Shown piece by piece: positions 28,376-38,075 of a stretch of 38,237 bases of DNA (within the stretch, counting starts at the first letter, position 1; every line of letters starts with the position of its first letter). The DNA is from Gemmatimonadota bacterium (GTDB lineage: Bacteria > 4572-55 > J002), in assembly GCA_003697105.1 (NCBI GenBank), contig RFFQ01000144.1, positions 1 to 38,237 on the forward strand, in the 5' to 3' direction. Under the pieces are notes generated by a model. The model made no database searches. It was given only the letters and a program-made list of their open reading frames with translations, and was not told the origin of the DNA. The position numbers and the translations under genes are program-made.

Positions 28376-29431
28376 ATGGAGATTCTTCCACTTCTTCTGT
28401 TTTCCCTTACCCTCTTGTTGACCGGTGTAGTGTTGTTCCTCGTGTGGCGAACCAACACCGAATTTCAGCAGTCCAAATCCGATCTACTTGCCCAATTGGC
28501 ACGCTTGCAAGGCATACTGGAAAGTTCTGCGGGGCACCATCTCGCCCAGAACCTCCAGCAGTTACAACTTGAACAACGGGAAACCGCCACATTAATGGGT
28601 TCCGTCATCGAAAATTTAGCGGAGCTTCATCAAAAGTCAGACCGGTTACAAAGCCAATTTCAGCAGGATTGGCATCACACGCGAGATTTGATTCAGCAGA
28701 TAAAAATCGAGCAGCAACAGCAAAAACGGGAAGAAGACCAAGCATTTGAAGCCATCCATCGCTTGGAAGCCGTGCTTGCCGGTTCGGCACAACGGGGTAA
28801 AGCTGGCGAAAATATTTTAGCGCAGGTTTTGCAAGAGTTACCCCCCGAATGGCGAGAATACAACGTCCGGTTTGGTGGCAAAGTGGTCGAATTTGCCATA
28901 CCGCTGCCCGGCGGGAAGTACCTGCCCGTCGATAGCAAATGGACCAGCCGGACGCCCTTAGAACGGCTTACGCACACGACCGATCCCAACGAACGCCAAC
29001 ACCTGATCCGGCAAATCGAACGGGATGTGGAACGCAAAATCAGCGAAATCCGGCAGTATCTTGACCCAGAGCGAACGTACAATTTGGGCATCATGGCGGT
29101 TCCAGATGCCGTGTATGATATTTGTGGTGCCGCGCAAGTCAGTGCCTACCGGCAGGGTATCATCATTATCAGTTATCGCTTAGCCCTGCCCTACCTGCTG
29201 ATGCTCCTCCACCTGATCCGGCGCTTCACAACACATTTAGACACTGCCCAACTGCATACCACCTTACGCACTATCGCCAACAATCTGGAACAAATGGAAA
29301 ACGAGATCGAAGGTCGATTTGCCCGCTCCATCACGTCTGCCACCAACAGCCTGAACGAACTCCGCACACAACTCTCCCATTCCCGCCGGGTTATCGCACA
29401 ATTGGACCAACTGCGGGAGGAAGAGACATAA
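28376..29431 (+). CDS. rmuC: DNA recombination protein RmuC family
   Basis: N-terminal TM, coiled coil, RGKAGENIL, LPVDSKW and IMAVPDAVY motifs. Confidence 0.82.
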   Translation: MEILPLLLFSLTLLLTGVVLFLVWRTNTEFQQSKSDLLAQLARLQGILESSAGHHLAQNLQQLQLEQRETATLMGSVIENLAELHQKSDRLQSQFQQDWHHTRDLIQQIKIEQQQQKREEDQAFEAIHRLEAVLAGSAQRGKAGENILAQVLQELPPEWREYNVRFGGKVVEFAIPLPGGKYLPVDSKWTSRTPLERLTHTTDPNERQHLIRQIERDVERKISEIRQYLDPERTYNLGIMAVPDAVYDICGAAQVSAYRQGIIIISYRLALPYLLMLLHLIRRFTTHLDTAQLHTTLRTIANNLEQMENEIEGRFARSITSATNSLNELRTQLSHSRRVIAQLDQLREEET

Positions 29432-29565
29432 AAAATCAAAATCCCTTAATCAATCACCAGCGCCTTCCGAAAAAGGCAACCCTATCCAAAAATGAGATAC
29501 TAATGAAACCCCCCACAACCCACCGGTGATAAGAGTACATCTGGCTTCACTTCAGATTTTTTTAT

Positions 29566-29594
29566 TTGACAAGGACTCCCTTTTCCGGTATTTT
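29566..29594 (+). promoter_or_regulatory. Putative sigma70 promoter
   Basis: TTGACA (29566-29571), 17 nt spacer, TATTTT (29589-29594). Confidence 0.45.
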
Positions 29595-29692
29595 CAGTGG
29601 GATTTAGGAGGTCTATTTGATTTGAATATTGACACGACAAACGCTGGCAGTATTAAAATTGGTTTTATCACTTGACTGGAATATGTTTACCT

Positions 29693-30817
29693 ATGACACC
29701 ACGTTTGCTGGTTATTGACGATTCTCGTGAAATTCGGCTAACACTAAAATTCGCACTGGAAAAAGCGGGTTATAGCATCACATTAGCGGATAGCGGAATG
29801 GATGCGCTCGAAAAATTAGCCCATGCGGATGTCCTGCCGGATTTAATCATCTGCGATATAATGATGCCGCATATGGATGGCTACGAGGTGTATGAAAAAC
29901 TCCACGAAGACCCCCGTTATGTTCGGATACCCTTCGTCTTTCTGACAGCGAAAAGCCGGGTGGAAGATGTCCGGCGAGGCAAGGAGATGGGTGTGGAAGC
30001 GTATGTCACCAAACCGTTTGTCATTCGGGATTTGCTATCGGTTATCAAAGGCTCGCTCAAACGAGCGGAACAGATGCGCAAAGCATACGCTTTTGAACAG
30101 CATCAGGCACAATTGGAGTTACTGCACCGCTTGACCCAACACTCCAAAACGCCACTATCCATGATTCATGAGTGGTCGAATCTGCTGGCGGGGGGAAACC
30201 TGCTGTTTCACCCCAATGAACTCAAATATTTAGGCAAACAGATGCAACGTAGCAGCGAAATGGTGGATCAGATGCTAAACCAGTTTTTGCTGTTGCGCAA
30301 AATTGAAATCTCAGTGGAACAAGCCGCCCAAGGGCACACGGTTCAAGCTACACCGGTAGGCGAAATTTTGAAACGAGAATTCAATTTGGCAAAAGCCACA
30401 ACAGAATATCAGGCAGATAAGACGCTGGATTTTATCGAAGATTTTGAGGAAACCCTTATCGCAGAGCTGGCGACGCCCCATTATCTGGATGAATTGTTAC
30501 GCCTCTTGCTGGAAAATGCCGTCTATTTCACACCCGATGGCGGGCAGGTAACATTGCGGGCTTATTGGCTCGATCAGGCGGTCTGTATTGAAGTGCAAGA
30601 TACCGGTATTGGCATCCCAGAAGCCGATATTCCCCGAATTTTTGAAAAATTTTACCAAGTGGAACGAATCAATCAAGAAAACGAACAGGGTACCGGTTTG
30701 GGACTTTCCATTGTGGATGCCATCGTGACCTATCATCAGGGGGAAATTCACGTGGCAAGTCAACTGGAACACGGTTCCAAATTTACCGTCATTTTACCCG
30801 CAACACCGGTACCGTAG
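29693..30817 (+). CDS. Hybrid receiver domain-histidine kinase with atypical H-box
   Basis: REC with IDD, CDIMMP, LTA and KPF; HATPase with ENAVYFT, DTGIGI and GTGLGL; H-box region reads LTQHSKTPL. ATG 29693 preferred over TTG 29672. Confidence 0.88.
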   Translation: MTPRLLVIDDSREIRLTLKFALEKAGYSITLADSGMDALEKLAHADVLPDLIICDIMMPHMDGYEVYEKLHEDPRYVRIPFVFLTAKSRVEDVRRGKEMGVEAYVTKPFVIRDLLSVIKGSLKRAEQMRKAYAFEQHQAQLELLHRLTQHSKTPLSMIHEWSNLLAGGNLLFHPNELKYLGKQMQRSSEMVDQMLNQFLLLRKIEISVEQAAQGHTVQATPVGEILKREFNLAKATTEYQADKTLDFIEDFEETLIAELATPHYLDELLRLLLENAVYFTPDGGQVTLRAYWLDQAVCIEVQDTGIGIPEADIPRIFEKFYQVERINQENEQGTGLGLSIVDAIVTYHQGEIHVASQLEHGSKFTVILPATPVP

Positions 30818-30887
30818 AGACCCCAGAAGCCGGCGTGACACCCCAGTTCACGCCTCATCCGTAACTCCTTATTAAATTGATAGTGGC

Positions 30888-31754
30888 ATGTTGCTCCAAA
30901 AACTAAAAATTGTCCTGATACCCTCCAATGCCAGTGAGGTCAAACGATACGCCATTCCACACATCATTTGGGTGACAACCGTACTCTTTTTACTGGCAAG
31001 TGTCGTCCTGTTGGGCTGGCTGATCTGGCAATTTAAGCACAAAATTGTTGATTCCCAACAAATTGCGACCCTCACGAAAGAAAATGCGATTCTGGAACAA
31101 AAAACCGATGAGTTCGGCAAACAAATGGCATCGTTGACCACCACCATGAATGAATACCAAAATTATACAGAACGGATCCGCCGAATATCCGATATTTTAA
31201 GCGCCTATGGCGCGGATTCCTTGCGGATTCCCCCTGTTGACTTACCGGATGAAAATCTGCTAATTGATCGGCTAGATGATCTTTTAGCCACCACCCAACA
31301 GCAGAAAATCCGGCTGCAAGAAATTATCAATTCGCTGGAAAATTATCCGGAAATTTGGGATCATACACCGTCCATTCGCCCGACCACTGGCATCAGTGTC
31401 GGACCCGGTTTTGAGGAAATCCGTGACCCGTTTACGGGCAAACTACGAATGCACGAAGGGTTAGACATTAGCGCCCCTACCGGTACACCGATTGTCGCTA
31501 CAGCAGATGGCGAGGTTACCTTTGTCGGGCAGTTGGAACGTTACGGCTGGGTTGTCGAACTGGATCACAGGCACGGGTATGAAACCGCCTATGGACATTG
31601 TTCCGTTGTGCGGGTAAAAGAAGGTGAAAAGGTCAAACGCGGTCAAGTGATCGCCTTGGTCGGGAACAGCGGTCGTTCGATCGGCCCTCATCTCCATTAT
31701 GAAGTGCGGGTGAACGGCGAAAAAGTAGACCCAATGAAATACATTCTGGATTAA
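30888..31754 (+). CDS. M23 family metallopeptidase (TM, coiled coil, LytM domain)
   Basis: HEGLD, YGHC and GPHLHYEV zinc motifs. Confidence 0.92.
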   Translation: MLLQKLKIVLIPSNASEVKRYAIPHIIWVTTVLFLLASVVLLGWLIWQFKHKIVDSQQIATLTKENAILEQKTDEFGKQMASLTTTMNEYQNYTERIRRISDILSAYGADSLRIPPVDLPDENLLIDRLDDLLATTQQQKIRLQEIINSLENYPEIWDHTPSIRPTTGISVGPGFEEIRDPFTGKLRMHEGLDISAPTGTPIVATADGEVTFVGQLERYGWVVELDHRHGYETAYGHCSVVRVKEGEKVKRGQVIALVGNSGRSIGPHLHYEVRVNGEKVDPMKYILD

Positions 31755-31778
31755 CCACCTACCCTTTCAATATCATTT

Positions 31779-31803
31779 GCGGGGAATTCGTCCCCGCTTT
31801 TTT
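31779..31803 (+). terminator. Intrinsic terminator after the M23 gene
   Basis: GCGGGGA-ATTCG-TCCCCGC followed by TTTTTT. Confidence 0.8.
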
Positions 31804-31857
31804 CTTTCCCCCCAACATTGCGCAGATGTACCACCCCTAACCCGTGAGGAGATTCTC

Positions 31858-34659
31858 ATGCGATATCTCACCCCATTTTGCCTTTTTTTAGCACTGTTCA
31901 GTTCCGCGACTCAAGCAGGCCAGCTTTCACCCCAACTAGCAGAAATTCGGAGTGGATTTAGCGGTCAAGAGGTCATCCCCGTATTGGTGCAACTGGCAGA
32001 TCAACTTGATCTGGACTATCTGGATGCCCAACTTACCCGGCAACAGGCATCGCGGGCACTTCGCCACCAGACGATTGTAAGCGCCGCCGACGATCTAGCA
32101 GAACAAACTCAATCTGATCTCACATCATACTTGGATGATTTGCAAGCGCAAGGTAAAGTGATTCGCTACGTAACGTACCGCATTGTCAATGCAATTGAGG
32201 TCGAAATTCAAGTGGATCAACTGGACAACCTCGCCGCTCGCCCAGAGGTGCGAATGATTTACGAAATGCCCCACGTGCAAACCCAACAATGGTTACCGGC
32301 AGATAGACCCCCATCCGGGGAGGTGCAACAACGCTCGGTAGAAAGCAATTTAGCGGCAATTCACGTTCCTCAAGTCTGGTACGAATTGGGATACACCGGC
32401 GAAGGACGTCTGACCGGCAATATTGATAGTGGCGTGGATGTGCGGCACGAGGCACTTCATGCTAGTTGGCGGGGTAACAATGGCGCTCCAGCGGAAGCGT
32501 GCTGGTTCGGAGAGACCAGCGAACCCCGCGATGATGCAACCAGCCACGGTACCCATGTGATGGGGATTCAATGCGGGATCAAACCGGCAGAAGGGGAAAA
32601 TCCAGCCGATACGATCGGTGTCGCCCCGGGTGCGCTCTGGATTGCCGCTACCAATACCAATGTGATGGCATCCTTGAACTGGATCATCGACCCGGACGGT
32701 AATCCAGAAACCCTAGACGATGTGCCGGATGTGGTCAACAATTCGTGGGAATTGCAGCAACAGTGTGATCCAAATCACCCCATCTTATTAGCGATTGAGA
32801 CGCTCGAAGCCGCCGGCATCGTCTCCATCTGGTCTGCTGGAAATTCGGGACCAAACAGTGGTACCATCGTTTTCCCTCAAAGTTATGTCAATGACCGCTA
32901 CAGCGGATTTTGCGTGGGCAACCTCAACCACAACACCATGGAAATTGTAAGCAGCAGTAGCCGGGGACCCTCCAATTGCCCCGCCAGTCTTCCCGATTCG
33001 CTTTCCATCAAACCGGAAGTCAGCGCACCCGGTTACGAGGTGTATTCTTGTGTGTCTATTAGCGATATTTTCTCCTATTTACCGCGTACCGGCACGTCTC
33101 AAGCCGCCCCTCACGTCTCAGGTGTCGTCACCTTAATGCGCCAGAAAAACCCCGATATAGAAGTCAATGAGATCAAACAAATTCTGATGGATACCGCCCA
33201 GGATTTGGGCTCCCCCGGTGAAGATAACGATTTTGGCTGGGGGCTTATCGATGCCTATGCCGCTGTGATGGCAGTGCCCCCACGTTACGGCGTAACGGGT
33301 ATCGTCACCGATGAGCGCAACGGCGACCCCATTGGCGGCGCACGCGTTTTTACCGGTAACCAGCAAACATACAGCCTAGCCGATGGATCGTATTTCCTGC
33401 GGCTGGAACCAGGAGAGTACCGCCTCCACGCCCAAGCGCGCGGATTTGAAGCCTTTGAAGCCGAAAATTTGATCACGGTAGGGAATGAAAATAGTATTTT
33501 GGACATCAGCTTGCGCCCAGAACCCAACTGGGGACACATTACCGGAACGGTGATCGATACGGAAGACCATCCGGTGGTGAATTTGACCCTGCAAGCCACG
33601 TATGGTATATATTCCACCGCAACGACAACCGGCGATGAAGGAATGTACGATTTGGCAATACCGGGCGGAGTTGATTATCAGCTCACAATGCGAATGCCCG
33701 AAAATAGTGATCTGTACTATGACCTCTTGACCCTGACCGTGCCAATGGCTGTTGATGGGCACAATGTGTTAGATTTAGTCCTAAATCCGGCAGAAAGTTT
33801 TGAGCTGGATAACGGCGATTTTAATATCAGCGGTGACGGAAGTCTGTGGGAATGGGGCACGCCCTCCGAGGAAGGGGGTCCCGTACCGGTGTACAGCGGT
33901 GAAAAATGCTGGGGCACGGTGTTGGAAGGGAGCTACCCCCAAATGATCAGCTTTGATCAATATCTGGATACGCCAGCGTATAACATAACTTCCGCAGATG
34001 ATCAGCTAAAATTTTACCAGTGGTACGAAACCGCAGAAGGCACCGACGGTGGCAACGTACAGGTCAGCACCAATGGCGGTACGTCCTGGTCAATCATCGA
34101 ACCGGTGGGAGGCTACCCGTTTGCTTCCTTGCCCCACCTGCTGGGGGAAGCTGGTTTTTCAGGCATTAGCGGTGGCGGTGAAGAACCGGTGTGGGTCCAA
34201 GCGACGTTTGATCTGGCGGCGTACGAAGGACAGACCGTTCATTTCCGCTTCCGGTTTAAGTCGTTTCAATCCGGTAGCCGGGGACGGGGTTGGTTCATCG
34301 ATCATCTCTCCGTGGGGCAGAGCTACGTGGCACAACTAAACGAAATCGATCCACCGGTAGTTGTCGCGGTGAATGTACCCCAACAAGTACGATTGTATGC
34401 CAATTACCCCAACCCATTTAACCCCCAAACGACCATCCGATATGATCTGCCCCAAGCGGAACACGTGACGTTAACGATTTATGATGTGCACGGTCATTTG
34501 ATCCGCACGCTCATTGAAGATAAACAAGACGCCGGAACTTACAAGCAAGTTTGGAACGGCACAGATACAAAGGGAAAAGCCGTGAAATCTGGGGTGTTTA
34601 TCTACCGTCTTCAGGCGGGTGACCACACCCAAAGCCGGTCAATGGTATTGTTGCGATAA
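31858..34659 (+). CDS. Secreted S8 (subtilisin, bacillopeptidase F-like) protease with carboxypeptidase-regulatory-like repeats, immune-inhibitor-A/MAM-like domain and FlgD-Ig/T9SS-type C-terminal domain
   Basis: SD GAGGAG before ATG 31858; signal peptide; triad IDSG, HGTHV, GTSQAAPHV; SAGN; DGGNVQVSTNGG; NYPNPFNPQTTIRY...WNG..GVFIYRL. Confidence 0.9.
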   Translation: MRYLTPFCLFLALFSSATQAGQLSPQLAEIRSGFSGQEVIPVLVQLADQLDLDYLDAQLTRQQASRALRHQTIVSAADDLAEQTQSDLTSYLDDLQAQGKVIRYVTYRIVNAIEVEIQVDQLDNLAARPEVRMIYEMPHVQTQQWLPADRPPSGEVQQRSVESNLAAIHVPQVWYELGYTGEGRLTGNIDSGVDVRHEALHASWRGNNGAPAEACWFGETSEPRDDATSHGTHVMGIQCGIKPAEGENPADTIGVAPGALWIAATNTNVMASLNWIIDPDGNPETLDDVPDVVNNSWELQQQCDPNHPILLAIETLEAAGIVSIWSAGNSGPNSGTIVFPQSYVNDRYSGFCVGNLNHNTMEIVSSSSRGPSNCPASLPDSLSIKPEVSAPGYEVYSCVSISDIFSYLPRTGTSQAAPHVSGVVTLMRQKNPDIEVNEIKQILMDTAQDLGSPGEDNDFGWGLIDAYAAVMAVPPRYGVTGIVTDERNGDPIGGARVFTGNQQTYSLADGSYFLRLEPGEYRLHAQARGFEAFEAENLITVGNENSILDISLRPEPNWGHITGTVIDTEDHPVVNLTLQATYGIYSTATTTGDEGMYDLAIPGGVDYQLTMRMPENSDLYYDLLTLTVPMAVDGHNVLDLVLNPAESFELDNGDFNISGDGSLWEWGTPSEEGGPVPVYSGEKCWGTVLEGSYPQMISFDQYLDTPAYNITSADDQLKFYQWYETAEGTDGGNVQVSTNGGTSWSIIEPVGGYPFASLPHLLGEAGFSGISGGGEEPVWVQATFDLAAYEGQTVHFRFRFKSFQSGSRGRGWFIDHLSVGQSYVAQLNEIDPPVVVAVNVPQQVRLYANYPNPFNPQTTIRYDLPQAEHVTLTIYDVHGHLIRTLIEDKQDAGTYKQVWNGTDTKGKAVKSGVFIYRLQAGDHTQSRSMVLLR

Positions 34660-34670
34660 TAGAAACTAAA

Positions 34671-34703
34671 AGACGCGCCAAATCTTAATGATTTGGCGCG
34701 TCT
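34671..34703. repeat. Perfect 14-bp inverted repeat (REP-like element or stabilising hairpin)
   Basis: AGACGCGCCAAATC-TTAAT-GATTTGGCGCGTCT; no T tail on the + strand. Confidence 0.7.
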
Positions 34704-34727
34704 GCACGGCACGGGATACGCAGGATC

Positions 34728-35699
34728 ATGGTTGTTGAGCAACTCACACCGGCAGACTACCCTCATTGGGACATGTTTGTGCGGGCACAAAAAAGTGGAT
34801 CGTTTTTTCATACCACCCAATGGCTAGCAGATCGCCCTGAAGGGGAGTTTGCCATCTTAGGAGTGCGCGAAGCGGGCAAACTCATTGCCGGGTTTGCCTA
34901 TCTTACCAATCACAAATGGGGTTTACGGCGCATCCTGCCACCGAAAATCACCTCCCGATTTGCCCCGATCCTCGCTGATGAGTTGTTGACCCAACCGGAT
35001 CGAGTGCGCGACCTGCTGCTGGCACTGATCAAGCATCTGCCACCGTATGATTCGCTTCACCTGATTTTTCCTCCGACGATGCCCGATCGACCGAAATTAC
35101 CCCTGCCCAACGTGACACACCAGACGCTAAAAACCAACCGGCTCTATCCCCCTCAAACGGAGGAAAGCCTACGCAGACGGTATTCCCCGAATACACGTAA
35201 ATTGTTAAATCGCGCTCATAAACAGGGAATCCGATATTATCCCATTGATGATCCTCGGATAGTGTACCGCTTGTCAGCCCAATCCATGCAATATTCGGGA
35301 CGGCACCACCCATTGACTTTAGGCGAGTTTCTCGCCATTTTCCAACGATTCGAGGTAGGTCAAGATGTGGTGATGCTTGGCGCCGGCATAACCCGCCAAC
35401 CGCTAGCGGCAATAATGATGACCTATGACCGGCAAGTTGTGTACCCGCTGTTCTTTGGGATCAACCGGGATTCCGGTAAGCACGAAGCGGGGCTTTACCT
35501 GATGCACCACAGCATTGTTTGGGCATTGGAACAAAATCGAATTTTCGATTTTAACGGATCGAATATCCCCCGTATCGATGCGTTTTTTCAAAAGTTTAAA
35601 CCGGAATCGTGCTCGCTTTTCGCCTTGAAGCACGGGCGAACCCGGCGTATCCGGTGGTTGAATCAATTGACCACACGGTTGGGTAAACCGCTGTATTAG
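34728..35699 (+). CDS. GNAT/FemAB-like acyltransferase
   Basis: WDMFV..GSFFHTTQWL start, double-GNAT length, FDFNGSNIPRIDAFFQKF end motif. Confidence 0.78.
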   Translation: MVVEQLTPADYPHWDMFVRAQKSGSFFHTTQWLADRPEGEFAILGVREAGKLIAGFAYLTNHKWGLRRILPPKITSRFAPILADELLTQPDRVRDLLLALIKHLPPYDSLHLIFPPTMPDRPKLPLPNVTHQTLKTNRLYPPQTEESLRRRYSPNTRKLLNRAHKQGIRYYPIDDPRIVYRLSAQSMQYSGRHHPLTLGEFLAIFQRFEVGQDVVMLGAGITRQPLAAIMMTYDRQVVYPLFFGINRDSGKHEAGLYLMHHSIVWALEQNRIFDFNGSNIPRIDAFFQKFKPESCSLFALKHGRTRRIRWLNQLTTRLGKPLY

Positions 35700-35778
35700 A
35701 ACATCGTATCATCCCTTTGATAATTGTTTTAGGAATAAACTTGAAGATAACACCTATGTTCCACAAGAGGAGCCATAA

Positions 35779-36387
35779 ATGAACATTGTTTTAGCCACCC
35801 GTAACCGGCACAAAATTGATGAAATTCAAACCCTATTGCAGGAGATGAACATCCGGGTACTCTCTTTGCAGGATTTCCCCGGTCTGCCAGATGTTGTGGA
35901 GGATCGAGAGACATTCACGGGAAATGCCGAAAAAAAAGCAGTGGAAATCGCCCAATTCACCGGAATGATGGCATTAGGGGATGATTCCGGGTTGTGCGTA
36001 GATGCCCTAGATGGGGCACCGGGGGTATATAGCGCCCGTTTCGCTGGAGAACCCGCCAATGATGCGAAAAATAATCAAAAATTACTCCGTTTGCTCGACG
36101 ACACCCCCGTGGCGAAACGCACGGCACACTTCGTCTGCGTGATGAGCCTTGCCACACCGGAACAGGTGCTTCATACCGTCGAAGGGCGTGTGAATGGGCA
36201 GATTTTATACAAGCCGCGCGGTCAAAACGGATTCGGGTATGATCCACTTTTTTATTACCCGCCATATGACGCCACGTTTGCGGAAATACCGCCAGCAAAA
36301 AAAAACGCGGTGAGTCACCGCGCAAATGCATTAAAATTGATGGTTGCTTATATTCGACAGATGCCACCCAACCCATCACCCCGGTAA
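35779..36387 (+). CDS. rdgB: dITP/XTP pyrophosphatase (Ham1 family)
   Basis: ATRNRHKIDE, DDSGLCVDALDGAPGVYSARFAG, GFGYDPLF and KNAVSHRA motifs. Confidence 0.95.
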   Translation: MNIVLATRNRHKIDEIQTLLQEMNIRVLSLQDFPGLPDVVEDRETFTGNAEKKAVEIAQFTGMMALGDDSGLCVDALDGAPGVYSARFAGEPANDAKNNQKLLRLLDDTPVAKRTAHFVCVMSLATPEQVLHTVEGRVNGQILYKPRGQNGFGYDPLFYYPPYDATFAEIPPAKKNAVSHRANALKLMVAYIRQMPPNPSPR

Positions 36388-36414
36388 AGCGGATAAAAGC
36401 GCGTTACGGCACGG

Positions 36415-37419
36415 TTACATGCTGGATTCGGTGTCTTCTATCCTCAGCACAATTTTACCCCGATTTTGGTTCGCTTCCATGTAGCGATGCGCTTCAGCTA
36501 CATCACTCCAAGAAAACACGGTATCAATTACGGGTTTTAGTAATTCTTTTTCAAATTTAGGTAACAGGTGGAACACCAGTTCTTGAGTTAAGTCCTGTTT
36601 GTACGCCTGTGACCGGGAACGCAGTGTAGTGGTAAGCAATTGAATCCGCTTGCGGAAGAGATGCCGCAAATCAAAATCTGGAATTTTAGAGCCGCCCATC
36701 ATCGCCAAACAGACCCATCGCCCATCCATCCCCAACGCAGTAATATTTTGTGCCCAATATGCCGCTCCCACCACATCGATCACCAGATTCACACCGTGAT
36801 TCTCCGTGACATCCAAAACGGAACTCGCGAAATCCCCGGTTTTATAATTAATGGCGTAATCCGCCCCGAGGTGACGGCAAAAGTTTGTTTTTTCATCTGA
36901 CCCGGCAGTGATGATCACCGAAGCCCCGGCATCTTTGGCAAGCTGGATGGCGGCAGTACCGACACCACTTGCCCCCGCATGAATCAGCACTGTTTCCCCC
37001 GGTTGCAGATTCCCGACCCAAAAGAGTGCTTGATATGCCGTCATAAACACTTCTGGGATACCTGCCGCTTCCTCAAATGAGAGGTTCGCCGGAATGGGAA
37101 TCAGCATGCTTTCCGGCACGGCAACATATTCCGCATACCCTCCACCGGGTAATAAAGCACAGACCCGATCCCCCTTTTTCGCTCGGCGGCATGCGTTGCC
37201 AACCTGCTGAACAACACCCGCCATCTCCAATCCTAAAATTGGGCTTGCACCGGCAGGCGGTGGATATTTACCCTCCCGTTGCATAATATCTGCCCGGTTT
37301 AGCGCGGTTGCTTTAACTTCAACCAATACCTCATCATCAGCCGGAACGGGTGCCGGGAATTCACCCATCTCCAATTGATCTGCGCCACCCGGCGCTTTGA
37401 CTAAAATAGCTCGCATCAT
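36415..37419 (-). CDS. NAD(P)H-quinone oxidoreductase, PIG3 family (MDR)
   Basis: LNRADIMQREGKYPPP, GGGYAEY, AGASGVGTAAIQ and AHRYMEANQNRGKIVL motifs. Confidence 0.93.
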   Translation of the reverse strand: MMRAILVKAPGGADQLEMGEFPAPVPADDEVLVEVKATALNRADIMQREGKYPPPAGASPILGLEMAGVVQQVGNACRRAKKGDRVCALLPGGGYAEYVAVPESMLIPIPANLSFEEAAGIPEVFMTAYQALFWVGNLQPGETVLIHAGASGVGTAAIQLAKDAGASVIITAGSDEKTNFCRHLGADYAINYKTGDFASSVLDVTENHGVNLVIDVVGAAYWAQNITALGMDGRWVCLAMMGGSKIPDFDLRHLFRKRIQLLTTTLRSRSQAYKQDLTQELVFHLLPKFEKELLKPVIDTVFSWSDVAEAHRYMEANQNRGKIVLRIEDTESSM

Positions 37420-37467
37420 ATCCTTCCCTTCGAGGAAAATTGGTGTGAGATGATTGATTCAGTAATT

Positions 37468-37507
37468 AAAAAAGACCATCGACCTACTTGTATTCAGTCA
37501 ATGGTCT
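37468..37507 (-). terminator. Terminator-like hairpin upstream of the oxidoreductase
   Basis: Minus strand AGACCATTGAC, 13-nt loop, GTCGATGGTCT, then TTTTT. Confidence 0.55.
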
Positions 37508-37596
37508 CATTTCTTTTGTGAAAGGTACGTTCTGCACACAATCACACAAAAAGAAAACACATCAGGACGTTGAAAATGACGGTTGGATTTTCAACG

Positions 37597-37791
37597 TTAT
37601 CCTGCGTTTTGGCGCGCTTCGGCATGCTTTGCCGGAATACCCCCCATTGCCACCCATTTTTGATATGCTTTTTCAGCTTCACGGCGAATGATGGAAATCC
37701 GGCGTGGGCTCGGCTCCTGTTTCGCCATCTCATTCAGCAAGGCATGCCAGTTACTTAAAAATTTATTATAAGCGTCCCGTAAGTTGTCCAT
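37597..37791 (-). CDS. Small helical hypothetical protein (64 aa)
   Basis: ATG 37791 with SD GGAAGGAG 9 nt upstream; MDNLRDAYNKFLSNWHALLNEM...; inverted repeat at the stop. Confidence 0.6.
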   Translation of the reverse strand: MDNLRDAYNKFLSNWHALLNEMAKQEPSPRRISIIRREAEKAYQKWVAMGGIPAKHAEARQNAG

Positions 37792-38075
37792 AATACACAG
37801 CTCCTTCCACAATTCCGGTTTTCCCGGGAAAACTGAATAGAAAACCTTGCCAGATCGGGAAATCCGCAAGGTCAAAAACGAATTGAAACTTTTAGCAATG
37901 GCTCATGAGGGGATTTGGTATATTAAAATACAGTAAAATTGAAATTTGTCAAGTAGTAAAAGAATATTTTTATCCATTTGATTAAAATCAGCATTGACGA
38001 TTTACTCAAATGCATTAAATTTAGAGCCTGCGTGGTGATCCCCTCATAAATTTCTGCTCTATTTCCCCTCGTCAC

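Noticed and set aside
21191-29431. Helicase and RmuC as an anti-phage defence system
   Set aside because: They are ordinary housekeeping-like homologs about 5 kb apart, with no nuclease, toxin or mobility partners nearby.
29432-29565. c-di-GMP riboswitch downstream of the GGDEF/rmuC genes
   Set aside because: Only a GGCAA fragment and weak hairpins; the GNRA stem and GACGCAAA-type core are absent.
31777-31857. Upstream TTG start for the S8 protease (likewise the extended starts at 2383, 5007, 19512, 24843, 29672 and 37875)
   Set aside because: It overlaps a terminator, and ATG 31858 has an SD and a signal peptide. The other cases also have better downstream ATG starts or stop-start overlaps.
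824-37758. Numerous 60-150 aa alternative-frame and antisense ORFs in the track
   Set aside because: They lie inside or overlap well-supported genes and show no recognisable motifs.
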